A stretch of DNA of 64,000 nucleotides from Candidatus Nomurabacteria bacterium (GCA_028286645.1 JAQBRF010000004.1:18830-82829), one strand, 5' to 3'; shown: positions 1-10,019, counted from the stretch's first letter. A program made the numbers and translations. Notes: a model not told the origin generated them from the letters alone.

Positions 1-132
1 AAGTTCTACTTCGTTAATTTGAAGGGCGATTTCTTTCTCACCGATTTTCCGTACTAAAAACTTCCCCAAAAGGCTTTTAGCCATTTCTTCGCCCGAATTT
101 AGGAAATACTTTTTTGTTAAAACTTTTCTCAT
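1..132 (-). CDS. mpg: DNA-3-methyladenine glycosylase (MPG family), N-terminal part, runs off window
   Basis: Manual translation from ATG at 132: MRKVLTKKYFLNSGEEMAKSLLGKFLVRKIGEKEIALQINEVEL; the A-x-x-LLGK-x-LVR...I-x-EVE pattern is typical of MPG. TATACT lies just upstream. Confidence 0.8.
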   Translation of the reverse strand, partial: MRKVLTKKYFLNSGEEMAKSLLGKFLVRKIGEKEIALQINEVEL

Positions 133-145
133 GATATTAGTATAT

Positions 146-168
146 AAAAAAGCGGCGCTTGGCGCCGC
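146..168 (-). terminator. Intrinsic terminator
   Basis: GCGGCGC-ttg-GCGCCGC hairpin with a U-tract on the minus strand, downstream of ORF 195..518. Confidence 0.7.
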
Positions 169-194
169 GGGGGTTGAATTTTACTGCAGGAGAC

Positions 195-518
195 CTATGC
201 AGTCTTCTGCAGCAGCTTTCCTTTTTTGATCGCAGGGAGGTACTTCTTTTCTGCGCCTAAAAGGATCAGGTAGCGCCTCTCGCTCATTAAACCTTTTTTA
301 AGTAGAGCGGGATATCGTACCTCTTCATGGCAGACTGGAAGTTGAGCAAGCGTTTCCTTGTCAGGCTGACCATGGTTTATGCACCTTTTGCAGGTACCAG
401 AAAAAGGACAAGTGTTTCCGTTTGACATCATTACGAACCCTTGCTGTTGCACTGTTGATCTAATTGGGTTCTGCCCACATATCCGCCTTCTCAGACGGAC
501 ATCGCTCATGTTTCTCAT
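195..518 (-). CDS. Hypothetical Cys-containing protein, probably a 5'-truncated cassette gene
   Basis: 107-aa ORF, more GC-rich than flanks, followed by a terminator; no SD or -35 box seen. Confidence 0.45.
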   Translation of the reverse strand: MRNMSDVRLRRRICGQNPIRSTVQQQGFVMMSNGNTCPFSGTCKRCINHGQPDKETLAQLPVCHEEVRYPALLKKGLMSERRYLILLGAEKKYLPAIKKGKLLQKTA

Positions 519-585
519 GATCTTGTGGATCTTGTTTCGCTTGGGCGATTCGACTGCGGCAGGGATTTACTATACAATGTTTCTT

Positions 586-1812
586 ATGAAGAAGCAAGAC
601 TGCCAGAAGCTAAAACTCCCCGAAAACCCCGGGGTATATTTTTTCCGCGACAAGGATAAAAATATACTTTATATAGGGAAAGCGACTTCGCTTAAGGACC
701 GAGTGGCGAGTTATTTTAACCCGGATTTAATGTCTAGGCGCGGACTCCGCATGGCGACGATGGTAACGATAGCGGATAATGTAACCTTCCAACAAACCGA
801 GAGTGTGCTTGAAGCATTGCTTCTCGAAAGTAAATTTATAAAAGAGCATCAGCCTCCATATAACGCCAAAGAAAAAGATGACAAGAGCTTTCCTTGTGTA
901 GTAATTACTAAAGAAGAATTCCCTAGAGTTTTAGTTATGAGGATACGAGATTATGAAAAGAAATTTGAAAAAAAGGGGATCCTTACAGTCTACGGACCGT
1001 TTCCTTCAATGTCCCAGCTTAAAGATGCAATGAAAATAATCCGGCGGCTTTTCCCGTATCACGATAGGTGTGATGCCTGCGAGGATAAAAAAGAATGCAA
1101 GCCATGCTTTAACGCACAAATCGGCTTGTGCCCCGGAGTTTGTATAGGTGCGATTTCGAAAGTTGAATATAAAGGACATATTGATAATATAAGAAGGCTT
1201 TTCGAAGGAAAAAGGACAGAAATAAAAAGAGAGCTTGAAAAAGATATGAGCAAATATGCCAAGGAACATGAATTTGAAAAAGCCGCAAAAGTAAGAAATA
1301 CGTTATATGCCTTAGATCATATAAGAGACACAAGCTTAATTAAAGAAGAAGATGTGCTGTCCTTTAAAGATCAAAGCTTTAGAATCGAAGCTTATGACGT
1401 AGCGCATATTTCTGGGAGCCATCGCGTGGGGACAATGGTGGTGATGGAAGGAAAGGAGAAAGCAAAGGACCAATACAGGAGGTTTAAACTTGAAGAAAAA
1501 GTAAATGATGATTATGAGGGCCTCCGACAAATATTGCTCCGAAGATTTAACCATAAAGAATGGAGATACCCGGATTTGATCGTTATCGACGGGGGAGTGG
1601 GACACAAACAAACCGCAGATAAGGTTTTAGCGCACCTTAACCTTCATATTCCAACGGTTTCGGTGGTAAAAGATGATCGGCACAAGCCAAAGGACATATT
1701 GGGAGATAAAGTACATGTGGATAACCATAAAAAGGAAATACTTTTAGCAAACTCCGAAGCCCATAGATTTTCAATCGGATATCATAGAACCTTAAGAAAT
1801 AGGCTAATTTAA
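586..1812 (+). CDS. uvrC: UvrC-like excinuclease (GIY-YIG, UVR coiled coil, RNase H-like endonuclease)
   Basis: LPENPGVY...LYIGKA..LKDRVASYF, EFEKAAKVRN, IEAYDVAH, PDLIVIDGG, EAHRF. Start placed at ATG 586, downstream of TACAAT; the ORF-track extension to 379 overlaps the opposite-strand gene. Confidence 0.9.
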   Translation: MKKQDCQKLKLPENPGVYFFRDKDKNILYIGKATSLKDRVASYFNPDLMSRRGLRMATMVTIADNVTFQQTESVLEALLLESKFIKEHQPPYNAKEKDDKSFPCVVITKEEFPRVLVMRIRDYEKKFEKKGILTVYGPFPSMSQLKDAMKIIRRLFPYHDRCDACEDKKECKPCFNAQIGLCPGVCIGAISKVEYKGHIDNIRRLFEGKRTEIKRELEKDMSKYAKEHEFEKAAKVRNTLYALDHIRDTSLIKEEDVLSFKDQSFRIEAYDVAHISGSHRVGTMVVMEGKEKAKDQYRRFKLEEKVNDDYEGLRQILLRRFNHKEWRYPDLIVIDGGVGHKQTADKVLAHLNLHIPTVSVVKDDRHKPKDILGDKVHVDNHKKEILLANSEAHRFSIGYHRTLRNRLI

Positions 1813-1951
1813 TTTTAGGGAATGCCCTGTGTCAATAGTTGCTCTTGACACCACCTTTTAAGACAAAAAAAGTGGCTTTTATACTTAAAAAGGTACAATC
1901 AATCTATAAGAGATTTATCAGCAAATAACGTAATCAATATCATTGGAGTGT

Positions 1952-4939
1952 ATGGCTATTTTACAAAATATCAAAAAAAGAAACGGGGAGTTTGTTCCAT
2001 TTGAACCAGATAAGATTGAAAAGGCTATAAAAAAAGCTTTTATTGCTGTAACTAAGGAAGATAAGGCGGCTGTTGCGAAACATATCACAGAGCTTGTAAC
2101 AAAAGAGCTTGAACTTGAAGCGATCACGCGGGATGGCTATATTCCGACTGTGGAACATACACAAGATATTATAGAACGCCATATCATGAGCGCTGGGTTC
2201 TTCGAAGTTGCGAAACGTTATATTATTTACAGATTTGAGCATACTAAGATGCGAGAGGAAAAGAAGCAGGAAATCTTGGAAAAGGTAGAAGAGGGTGGGA
2301 TTTTCATCACCAAGAGAAATGGATTTAAGGAAAGATTTGATATTGAAAAAGTCCGTCGCACTGTTCTTTATTCTGTTTACGGATACGAAAAAGAGATAAA
2401 TGTAGATCAGATACTTAATCAGATTAAGCTTGAAGTTTTCGAAGGAATGACCACGAAAGACATCACGAAAGCGCTGGTCATGACTGTGAGATCGACTATT
2501 GAGCAGGATCCGGCATATTCATACCTGGCATCTCGTTTAATGCTTAAGCAGATAAATGAAGATTTGATCGAAGGAAAAATTGATTATTCAAAAATGGATG
2601 ATCTATATAGACAAGCGTTCATTAATGGAATAAATAAAGGAGTAGACAGAGGAATCCTTGATGAAAGAATGAAGAATTTCGATCTTGAGAGATTGTCCCA
2701 GGCAATTATCAGATCCCGAGATGACTTATTTATGTACTTAGGAACTCAAACTCTTTATGAGAGGTATTTAGTTCGTGACCAAGAAGGAAATGGAAATATA
2801 ATTGAGCACATTCAAGGATTCTGGATGAGAACAGCGATGGGCGTAGCTCTTGCAGAAAAGGAACTAGAAAGAACATCCCGCGCCATCGAATTTTATGAAG
2901 TAATGTCTACACTTCGCTTCGTTCCATCTTCTCCTACTCTTTTCCATGCGGGAACTAAACATCCCCAGCTATCAAGCTGCTACTTAAATGTGGTAGAGGA
3001 TTCTCTGGAACATATCTTTAAAGTTTATGGAGATAATGCTCAGCTATCTAAGTTTGCAGGAGGAATCGGATCTGCGTGGACTAAGGTGCGGGCTTCCGGT
3101 GCTCTTGTTAAGAAAACCGGAATGAAATCAAACGGAGTCGTGCCATTTTTGAAAATCGCAAATGACGTAACTGTAGCTATCAACCGCTCAGGCCGCCGAC
3201 GCGGAGCCACCTGCGTGTATTTGGAAAACTGGCATTATGATATCGATGAGTTTTTGGAACTGCGAAAGAATACTGGCGACGAAAGAAGAAGAACTCATGA
3301 TATGAATACCGCTCTTTGGATTTCTGATGTATTTATGAAAAGAGTTCAAGATGACGGAGAGTGGACACTTTTATCGCCTGACGAATGTCCAGAGCTTACA
3401 GAAACTTTCGGATCTACATTTGAGGCTCACTACACGAGATACGAAAGAATGTGTGACGAGGGAGGCATAAGATTATTTAGGAAAATGAAGGCAAGAGATC
3501 TTTGGAGAAAGATGGTGACAATGCTTTATGAAACAGGGCACCCATGGATTACATTTAAGGATACTTCAAACATCCGTTCTCCTCAGGACCATGCGGGCAT
3601 CATCCATAACTCAAACCTTTGTACGGAAATTACTCTAAATAACAGCGAAACAGAAACAGCGGTATGTAACCTAGGCTCCGTTAACTATCAAAGGATGATA
3701 AACAATGGAAAGTTCGATGTAGATCTTGTAGCAACTACAGTGCGAACAGGAATGAGAATGCTCGATAATGTTATCGATGTAAACTTTTATCCCACTGTTG
3801 AAACTTCAAACTCAAACTTTAAGCATCGACCAGTAGGTCTCGGAATAATGGGTTTCCACGACGCTCTTTATATGCTTGATATAAATTTCGAATCAGATGA
3901 CGCAGTAAAGTTCGCTGATGAATCAATGGAGCTCATCTCATATCATGCGATTCTTTCTTCATCATTGCTTGCTCGAGAACGCGGCGCTTATGCATCATTT
4001 AAGGGAAGTAAGTGGGATCGAGGAATCTTTCCGGTAGATACTTTGGCACTTGTGGAACAAAACAGAGGAACTACCATTAACACTACGAAGACTTGCAAGC
4101 TTGATTGGACTCCAGTGCGCGATGCTGTTAAAGAATACGGAATGAGAAATTCAAACACCATGGCAATGGCACCGACTGCCACGATCTCAAATATTTCTGG
4201 ATGCATTCCATGTATTGAGCCGATTTATAAAAACATTTATGTTAAGTCAAACATGAATGGAGAATTTATCATCATAAACCCATACTTGGTAAATGATTTG
4301 AAAGCGCTTGGCCTATGGGACTTTGAAATGATCGGCATGCTTAAATATCATGATGGATCGGTTCAAGAAGTGTCATCTGTCCCAGATAACCTGAAAGCAA
4401 AGTATAAAGATGTGTTTCAGATTGATCCGCTCATGATGATTAAAATCGCAGCACACCGCGGCAAGTGGGTAGATATGTCACAGTCATTAAATATTTACTT
4501 TGCTGGTTCTTCCGGAAAGGAACTTGCATCCATCTACGAATATGCATGGAACATGGGACTTAAGACTACTTATTATCTGCGCTCCCTCGGCGCTTCTCAG
4601 GTAGAAAAGAGTACTGTAAACGCTGCAGAATTCGGAGCCACACATAAAAGAGGCGGGTCTCTTCCCGGAGCCACCCCAACAGTTTCTTCAGAATCAGTTC
4701 CAAGCATGGTTGTAAACTCAGTCCCTGCTCCTGTAATGAGCGCGGCTGTAACTCCGTCACAAGTTACGGAAGTCACGAAAGTTGCAGTTTCCACCCCACA
4801 AGTCGCCCCTCCTGTAATGTCTTCGGTAATGTCATCAATGCAAGTCGGGGAAAGAGTTTCAGTTTCGGTTGCAAAGCCCGGAGCAGTTACATACAATATA
4901 ACTAAGGTACCGGACGCTCATTGCGACGGCTGCGAATAA
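1952..4939 (+). CDS. nrdA: Class I ribonucleotide reductase alpha subunit with two ATP-cones
   Basis: IKKRNG and ITKRNG cones, PSSPTLFHAG, QLSSCY, SNLCTEI, MAPTATIS, GLKTTYYLR, terminal CDGCE. Confidence 0.97.
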   Translation: MAILQNIKKRNGEFVPFEPDKIEKAIKKAFIAVTKEDKAAVAKHITELVTKELELEAITRDGYIPTVEHTQDIIERHIMSAGFFEVAKRYIIYRFEHTKMREEKKQEILEKVEEGGIFITKRNGFKERFDIEKVRRTVLYSVYGYEKEINVDQILNQIKLEVFEGMTTKDITKALVMTVRSTIEQDPAYSYLASRLMLKQINEDLIEGKIDYSKMDDLYRQAFINGINKGVDRGILDERMKNFDLERLSQAIIRSRDDLFMYLGTQTLYERYLVRDQEGNGNIIEHIQGFWMRTAMGVALAEKELERTSRAIEFYEVMSTLRFVPSSPTLFHAGTKHPQLSSCYLNVVEDSLEHIFKVYGDNAQLSKFAGGIGSAWTKVRASGALVKKTGMKSNGVVPFLKIANDVTVAINRSGRRRGATCVYLENWHYDIDEFLELRKNTGDERRRTHDMNTALWISDVFMKRVQDDGEWTLLSPDECPELTETFGSTFEAHYTRYERMCDEGGIRLFRKMKARDLWRKMVTMLYETGHPWITFKDTSNIRSPQDHAGIIHNSNLCTEITLNNSETETAVCNLGSVNYQRMINNGKFDVDLVATTVRTGMRMLDNVIDVNFYPTVETSNSNFKHRPVGLGIMGFHDALYMLDINFESDDAVKFADESMELISYHAILSSSLLARERGAYASFKGSKWDRGIFPVDTLALVEQNRGTTINTTKTCKLDWTPVRDAVKEYGMRNSNTMAMAPTATISNISGCIPCIEPIYKNIYVKSNMNGEFIIINPYLVNDLKALGLWDFEMIGMLKYHDGSVQEVSSVPDNLKAKYKDVFQIDPLMMIKIAAHRGKWVDMSQSLNIYFAGSSGKELASIYEYAWNMGLKTTYYLRSLGASQVEKSTVNAAEFGATHKRGGSLPGATPTVSSESVPSMVVNSVPAPVMSAAVTPSQVTEVTKVAVSTPQVAPPVMSSVMSSMQVGERVSVSVAKPGAVTYNITKVPDAHCDGCE

Positions 4940-5048
4940 ATAGATAACAGATAGCAGTCGGCGGATAGCAGATAGATTTAAAAATCTGGAATCTGTATTC
5001 TGACATCTGTAATCAAATCTTATAACCATTAACTAATTTACCAACCAT

Positions 5049-6128
5049 ATGCCTCCACAATCCACAACACCCACTCCAAATACTTCGGCTACTCCGGTAA
5101 TTAACCGCGGGGCTAAGCGAGTAGATATAAATGAGCGCAAAATCATAAACGGCGGAGATGCTGATGTGATTCAGCTTTGGCCTATAAAGCACAAATTCGC
5201 ATGGGATGCGTATAATGTGGGAAATTCCAATCACTGGCTTCCTACAGAAATCAGCATGCAGCTAGACATCGAGCAATGGAAGTCCCAGACTCTTCTTACA
5301 GATGATGAGCGCCATGCTTTGCGAATGGTTTTAGGATTCTTTACTACCGCGGACTCAATAGCTGCGAATAATCTTGTTCTTGCATTCTATAAACACATCA
5401 CTTCTCCGGAAGCGCGCATGTATCTTCTTCGACAAGCTTACGAAGAAGCGATTCATACGCAAGCATATCAATACATCGTAGAATCTCTTGGACTTGATGG
5501 AACAGAAATCTTCAATATGTATCGCGAGGTTGATGCGATTTATAACAAAGAAGAATTTATTCTTTCCTTCAATCAAGGGATATTTAAAGACGACTTTAAA
5601 ACAGGGACATTTGAAAACGATCAGAAGTTCTTAGAAAACATGTGCGTGTTCTCGCTCATTCTTGAAGGCATATTCTTCTATTCATCTTTTGCTGTTATGT
5701 TTGGTTTCCAAAGACAAGGCAAGTTAACGGGTTCAGCTGAACAGATTCAGTACATCATGAGAGATGAAAGCCAGCATATGAACTTCGGAATTGATATGAT
5801 CAACACCATAAAGCAGGAGCAGCCAGAACTCTGGACCCCGCAGTTCGTAGAAAGAATAAAGGCACTAGTACGAAAAGCTGTAGAGCTCGAATACAAATAC
5901 GCCTGGGAAGTTTTCCCTACAGGAATATTTGGATTAAATGCTGAGGGATTCAAACAGTATATTGAATACATTGCTGATAGGCGATTAGGCCGCGTAGGAA
6001 TCGATCCACTATACAATGTATCAAATCCATTCCCATGGATGAGTGAAGCGGTGGATTTGAACAAGGAGAAGAATTTTTTTGAGACGAGGGTTACCGAATA
6101 TAAAACAGGTGGCACCTTGGATTGGTAA
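5049..6128 (+). CDS. nrdB: Class I ribonucleotide reductase beta subunit
   Basis: HWLPTEI, QAYEEAIH, LEGIFFYSSF, IMRDESQH, NFFETRVTEY; adjacent to nrdA. Confidence 0.97.
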   Translation: MPPQSTTPTPNTSATPVINRGAKRVDINERKIINGGDADVIQLWPIKHKFAWDAYNVGNSNHWLPTEISMQLDIEQWKSQTLLTDDERHALRMVLGFFTTADSIAANNLVLAFYKHITSPEARMYLLRQAYEEAIHTQAYQYIVESLGLDGTEIFNMYREVDAIYNKEEFILSFNQGIFKDDFKTGTFENDQKFLENMCVFSLILEGIFFYSSFAVMFGFQRQGKLTGSAEQIQYIMRDESQHMNFGIDMINTIKQEQPELWTPQFVERIKALVRKAVELEYKYAWEVFPTGIFGLNAEGFKQYIEYIADRRLGRVGIDPLYNVSNPFPWMSEAVDLNKEKNFFETRVTEYKTGGTLDW

Positions 6129-6129
6129 T

Positions 6130-6255
6130 CTAATTACAAATATTATGACGCACTACTTTGTCGCCGATAAATTTTCCTCGGTCATCGTATTCCCTATACG
6201 TTTCTCTCGGAAAATTCCTCGTCTTCGCGTATTTCATTCAAAATATTTGAATTAG
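6130..6255. repeat. Long imperfect intergenic hairpin (REP/REPIN-like)
   Basis: Nested inverted repeats CTAATTACAAATATT/AATATTTGAATTAG, AATTTTCC/GGAAAATT and CGTAT/ATACG. Confidence 0.55.
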
Positions 6256-6260
6256 AAATT

Positions 6261-6941
6261 ATGATTAATTACACTAAAAGCTCTGATATTCATCCCTGCA
6301 TCCTTAATAAGGAAGATTTACAAGATTTAGTTGATTTAGTAATAAAAGATACTCCTAATTATGATAGTAGGGGATTATACATTCGCGGATCTTTTGGAGA
6401 AGTAGATATACATGAAAATAATCTTACGGATTTTTTACAACATAAAAATTTGCCAAAAACTCTAGATAATTTAACCATAAGTTACTCTTCTTATTTAAAG
6501 GACGCTGATCACAGAATAAGAATTGCTTTCTATAAATCATATATCATTCTAGATGTGTCTGGTTCCTCGGAGAGTTTTGTAAAAGGGAAATATAACCAAA
6601 TAAAGGATTTTCTAAAATCGAAAAGACCGTTTTTATGGTTTTTAAAATCGAAAATTGTTTATGGTTTACGAGGTGTACTCTTTGCGGTTGCCGGAACGGT
6701 TTATATGTACCTTATGATTAAATGGGTTAAATATGGCGTGAATCCTAATCTATTTGTTTCTTTAGGTGTAGTCATTTTATTGATAATAGATTATTTTATC
6801 TCGAGAATTGAATTTACTAGAATAAATATAAGCCCTCAAGAAAGTTTCTTAAATAAGCATGAAAGTTTCTTTAAGTATCTTGGGGTGGTAGCTGCTATCT
6901 TTACGATGATTGGTGTAATTTATCAAATTTTTCATTTGTAA
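6261..6941 (+). CDS. Hypothetical membrane protein
   Basis: 226 aa, soluble N-terminal half and three hydrophobic segments in the C-terminal half. Confidence 0.75.
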   Translation: MINYTKSSDIHPCILNKEDLQDLVDLVIKDTPNYDSRGLYIRGSFGEVDIHENNLTDFLQHKNLPKTLDNLTISYSSYLKDADHRIRIAFYKSYIILDVSGSSESFVKGKYNQIKDFLKSKRPFLWFLKSKIVYGLRGVLFAVAGTVYMYLMIKWVKYGVNPNLFVSLGVVILLIIDYFISRIEFTRINISPQESFLNKHESFFKYLGVVAAIFTMIGVIYQIFHL

Positions 6942-7786
6942 TATTTCTTCCCCACATAAAAATTCTTTTCGAGGAGGGTCGAGAGTTTTTTAGCTTTTGA
7001 TTTGTTTCTATTTATGATAAATCTAATTTTTGATGGAGACGAAACTATGGATTCAAGCTCTTTAATGTTTTCATTTGTAATAACTTTATTTTCTTTATAA
7101 AACTTTTCTATTTTATTAGTTATATCTTTATCATAACGGGCTTCGATAATATAATCACCAATTATATTTAATACAATACCTAAATTATTTGGTCTGTTTT
7201 CAAATAGGGGAGAATCCCTCATATAGTACTGAGACATATTTCCATCAAATTCTTTTGTAATCGCTCTATCAAGCGGAGTTTTATTCCCCGTAGTAAATAA
7301 ATATTTAATTTCTCGAGAATTCATATAGTCGCGTAGCGATAATTCTTCTTTCTTTCTTGCGATCATAAACCAGTTATGGGATGCATACGCATACCACCTA
7401 TCTATATTTGGTAAGGCGTCAAATAATACATAAAGCACATGGTTCCAGAAAGCATCCACCAAAATAGGATTTTTAAATTCATATGTAATCTTATCTCCAT
7501 CTCCCATTTGTAGAAAATGTCCATCCCCGCTTGGTGTTCTATATGCATGCTCAGCAAGGAGGGCAAACTTTTGAATATCTTGTAACCACGATTGATTTAA
7601 CACTGCTTCCTTTTTTGATACCAAAACTATCTGCTGATTTTTTAAAGTGCGAAGGGCTTTATATATTCCTTGGGAGGTTACATTTTTATTATCAAAATAC
7701 TTCAAAATATCCGCCGTCTTCTTTGGCCCGGTCTTTAAAAGTTCTACTATTTTTTCAGCAATTCCTGGGGTAGGAAAATGAGTCAT
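6932..7786 (-). CDS. Putative transcriptional regulator with N-terminal winged helix
   Basis: 284 aa; TSQGIYKALRTLKNQQIV resembles a wHTH recognition helix; TTGACA-type promoter at ~7815-7847. Confidence 0.7.
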   Translation of the reverse strand: MTHFPTPGIAEKIVELLKTGPKKTADILKYFDNKNVTSQGIYKALRTLKNQQIVLVSKKEAVLNQSWLQDIQKFALLAEHAYRTPSGDGHFLQMGDGDKITYEFKNPILVDAFWNHVLYVLFDALPNIDRWYAYASHNWFMIARKKEELSLRDYMNSREIKYLFTTGNKTPLDRAITKEFDGNMSQYYMRDSPLFENRPNNLGIVLNIIGDYIIEARYDKDITNKIEKFYKENKVITNENIKELESIVSSPSKIRFIINRNKSKAKKLSTLLEKNFYVGKKYYK

Positions 7787-7868
7787 AAAACAAACTATTA
7801 GTTTAATTTGTTCTTATATTATACATAATAATTGCCATGTTTGTCAAGTCTAATAGAATTGCGGGCAC

Positions 7869-9248
7869 ATGAATGAATTAATAAAACGACCTGTAGATCA
7901 AGGAATCTTGCCTCGCATATTAGGGAGGTTTGACCTAGTTACAATATATTTTACTCTTATATTCGGTTCTTATGGAGCCGCTCAATTAGCGGGAAAAGGG
8001 TGGGCAGGGATTTCCATGCTTTTACTCGCAGTTGTGACATTTCTCATTCCCTGCGCACTAGCTTCATATGAGCTTGGGACATTGTTCCCGGGAGAAGGAG
8101 GGATTTATATGTGGGCAAAAAAAACCCTTGGAATAAAGCACGGATTTATCGCAGGATGGTTATCGTGGGTCCCAGTTTTCTTACTTCTGCCTTTAATTTC
8201 TACGACAATAGTTGCCCATATTCAATTTATCTTTTCTATAAAGTTTCCTCTGTGGTATCAAGTAATACTCCAAGTGGCTGTGATATGGATTATATATTTA
8301 ATCTCAATTAAGAAATTAAAGTTTTCACAGGGATATGTAAGAATTCTCTCAATTGTTGCATTTGCTACTGCAGGGATTGCATATGGTGTAGCTATGATTA
8401 AAGGCCACTCTGTAAATCCTATAAATAGAGAAATATTTTCACTCGATTTAAATAAATATGGGACCCTTTATTCTGCTGCCATTTTATGGCTGCTTGGCGT
8501 AGAAGTTCCATATAACATGGGAGACGAATTCAGTGAACATAAAAAAACTGCAGGATCTATGATTTTGTGGGGGTCACTTGCACTAGTTATTGCATATATA
8601 TTTGGGATTATCGGAGTACTTTATACAACTTCGCTTGATCAGGTAAACCCGACTATTGGTATCGCTCAGGGAGTCGCAAATGTCTATCCAATACTTGGAA
8701 TTGTTGTAGCTTTTTTAATTTGTCTCGCAGTTTCTTCGCAGGGAGTTGCATATATGAATGCTTATTCTCGGCTTTTATTTGTATCAGGCTTAGAAAAATG
8801 TTTACCAGAATCGTATGGGAATATAAGTAAAAATAAAATTCCGACAAAAGCAATGCTTGTACAGGTAATAGGCGCAACTATTGTATTAATTATATTTTCC
8901 ACACAAGCGAACTTAGTGATTGCATTTAATCTTTATCTCGCAGCGCTTGTTGCTGTTTGGTGTGCATCATTATTCTATATTTATATTGGAGTGGTACTTG
9001 CCAGAAGGAACTTAAAGCATGAATATGAAGAAAGGGGAGAAAATATATGGAAGCTTCCATTTGGAAAGATTGGGTTATGGTTTACAGCAATATGGGGATT
9101 TTTCTTTAATATGGTCGCGATTTATTATGTATTTGCAAACCCCTGGGTTGATGGAATAAGTAAAAGTTCGTGGATGTTGTGGCTATCCATCATATCTTTC
9201 GTAGTGGTTGCTTCTGGAACAGTTGTATTTAAATTAAATAGAAAATAA
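7869..9248 (+). CDS. APC-family amino acid permease
   Basis: ~12 hydrophobic segments, ELGTLFPGEGGIYMW, AYSRLLF..G.EKCLP. Confidence 0.88.
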   Translation: MNELIKRPVDQGILPRILGRFDLVTIYFTLIFGSYGAAQLAGKGWAGISMLLLAVVTFLIPCALASYELGTLFPGEGGIYMWAKKTLGIKHGFIAGWLSWVPVFLLLPLISTTIVAHIQFIFSIKFPLWYQVILQVAVIWIIYLISIKKLKFSQGYVRILSIVAFATAGIAYGVAMIKGHSVNPINREIFSLDLNKYGTLYSAAILWLLGVEVPYNMGDEFSEHKKTAGSMILWGSLALVIAYIFGIIGVLYTTSLDQVNPTIGIAQGVANVYPILGIVVAFLICLAVSSQGVAYMNAYSRLLFVSGLEKCLPESYGNISKNKIPTKAMLVQVIGATIVLIIFSTQANLVIAFNLYLAALVAVWCASLFYIYIGVVLARRNLKHEYEERGENIWKLPFGKIGLWFTAIWGFFFNMVAIYYVFANPWVDGISKSSWMLWLSIISFVVVASGTVVFKLNRK

Positions 9249-9365
9249 AAAAACCGGGCAAGATCCGAAGATCTCGCCCGTCCTGCTTGTTGCTTATTAT
9301 AGCACATTTTCAGGGTTTTGTGCCGTTGCTCGACCGGCTGACAGCCGAAACTCGTCAAGCAATGT
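9247..9365 (-). ncRNA. Candidate small structured RNA 1 (family unknown)
   Basis: Lies between a TTGACA-16-TATACT promoter (9399-9372) and a UUCG-capped terminator; several helices; no credible ORF. Confidence 0.45.
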
Positions 9366-9371
9366 ATATCC

Positions 9372-9440
9372 AGTATAGCAAATCCACAGGATTTGTCAAG
9401 TCCTATAAAAAATCTTTATTTTAATGGGTTTGATATACTT
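9372..9440. promoter_or_regulatory. Divergent promoter module, copy A
   Basis: Minus-strand TTGACA/TG-N-TATACT plus a plus-strand TG-N-TATACT; similar to 11746..11812. Confidence 0.7.
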
Positions 9441-9471
9441 CCTTTATGAAATATAATCAGTCTTGTTTCTA

Positions 9472-10014
9472 ATGAAAAAAGCGTATAAAAAGATAATATT
9501 TTTTGATGGAGATGGAACGATTTGGTACCCAAAGAAAACAAAGCGCACCGTAGAGCCACACTTAATATATAAAGATGTGTCTATAAGAGATAATAACCAC
9601 CATCTGCACTTAATGCTCACTCCGAAAGTCATAGAAACTCTTCAAGAATTAAAAAGACGCGGAGTTCTGATTGTTTTAGTTTCTACGTATCCACATCAAA
9701 AGAAAGAGGCAGATTTAATTTTAAATAAGAAGGTAAAGCATTTTAACTTAGAGAAAGTTTTCGATGGTATATATACAGCAAGAGACTATCAAGAGGGGAA
9801 GGGTGAAATAATAATGAATGTCTTAAAGAAATATAAACTGCCTAAAGCAAGAGCTGTTATATTAGGAGATAGTTACAGAAGAGACTATTTATCTGCGAAA
9901 CGAATAGGTGTGGACGCTTACTTAATCGAGACTATATATATGAAAGGAAGGCCAAGGGCAAACAATGAAAAATATATTATAAAAGAAGTAGAGGATTTAC
10001 TCAATATAATTTAG
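9472..10014 (+). CDS. HAD-superfamily hydrolase
   Basis: IIFFDGDGT motif I and ILGDSYRRD motif IV. Confidence 0.85.
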   Translation: MKKAYKKIIFFDGDGTIWYPKKTKRTVEPHLIYKDVSIRDNNHHLHLMLTPKVIETLQELKRRGVLIVLVSTYPHQKKEADLILNKKVKHFNLEKVFDGIYTARDYQEGKGEIIMNVLKKYKLPKARAVILGDSYRRDYLSAKRIGVDAYLIETIYMKGRPRANNEKYIIKEVEDLLNII

Positions 10015-10019
10015 ACCCA

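Noticed and set aside
379-585. N-terminal extension of UvrC in the ORF track
   Set aside because: It overlaps the opposite-strand ORF, has no UvrC-like sequence, and a -10 box sits just before ATG 586
1829-1851. Inverted repeat GTGTCAA...TTGACAC upstream of nrdA as an NrdR box
   Set aside because: It does not match the NrdR box pattern; it may simply be a -35 within a palindrome
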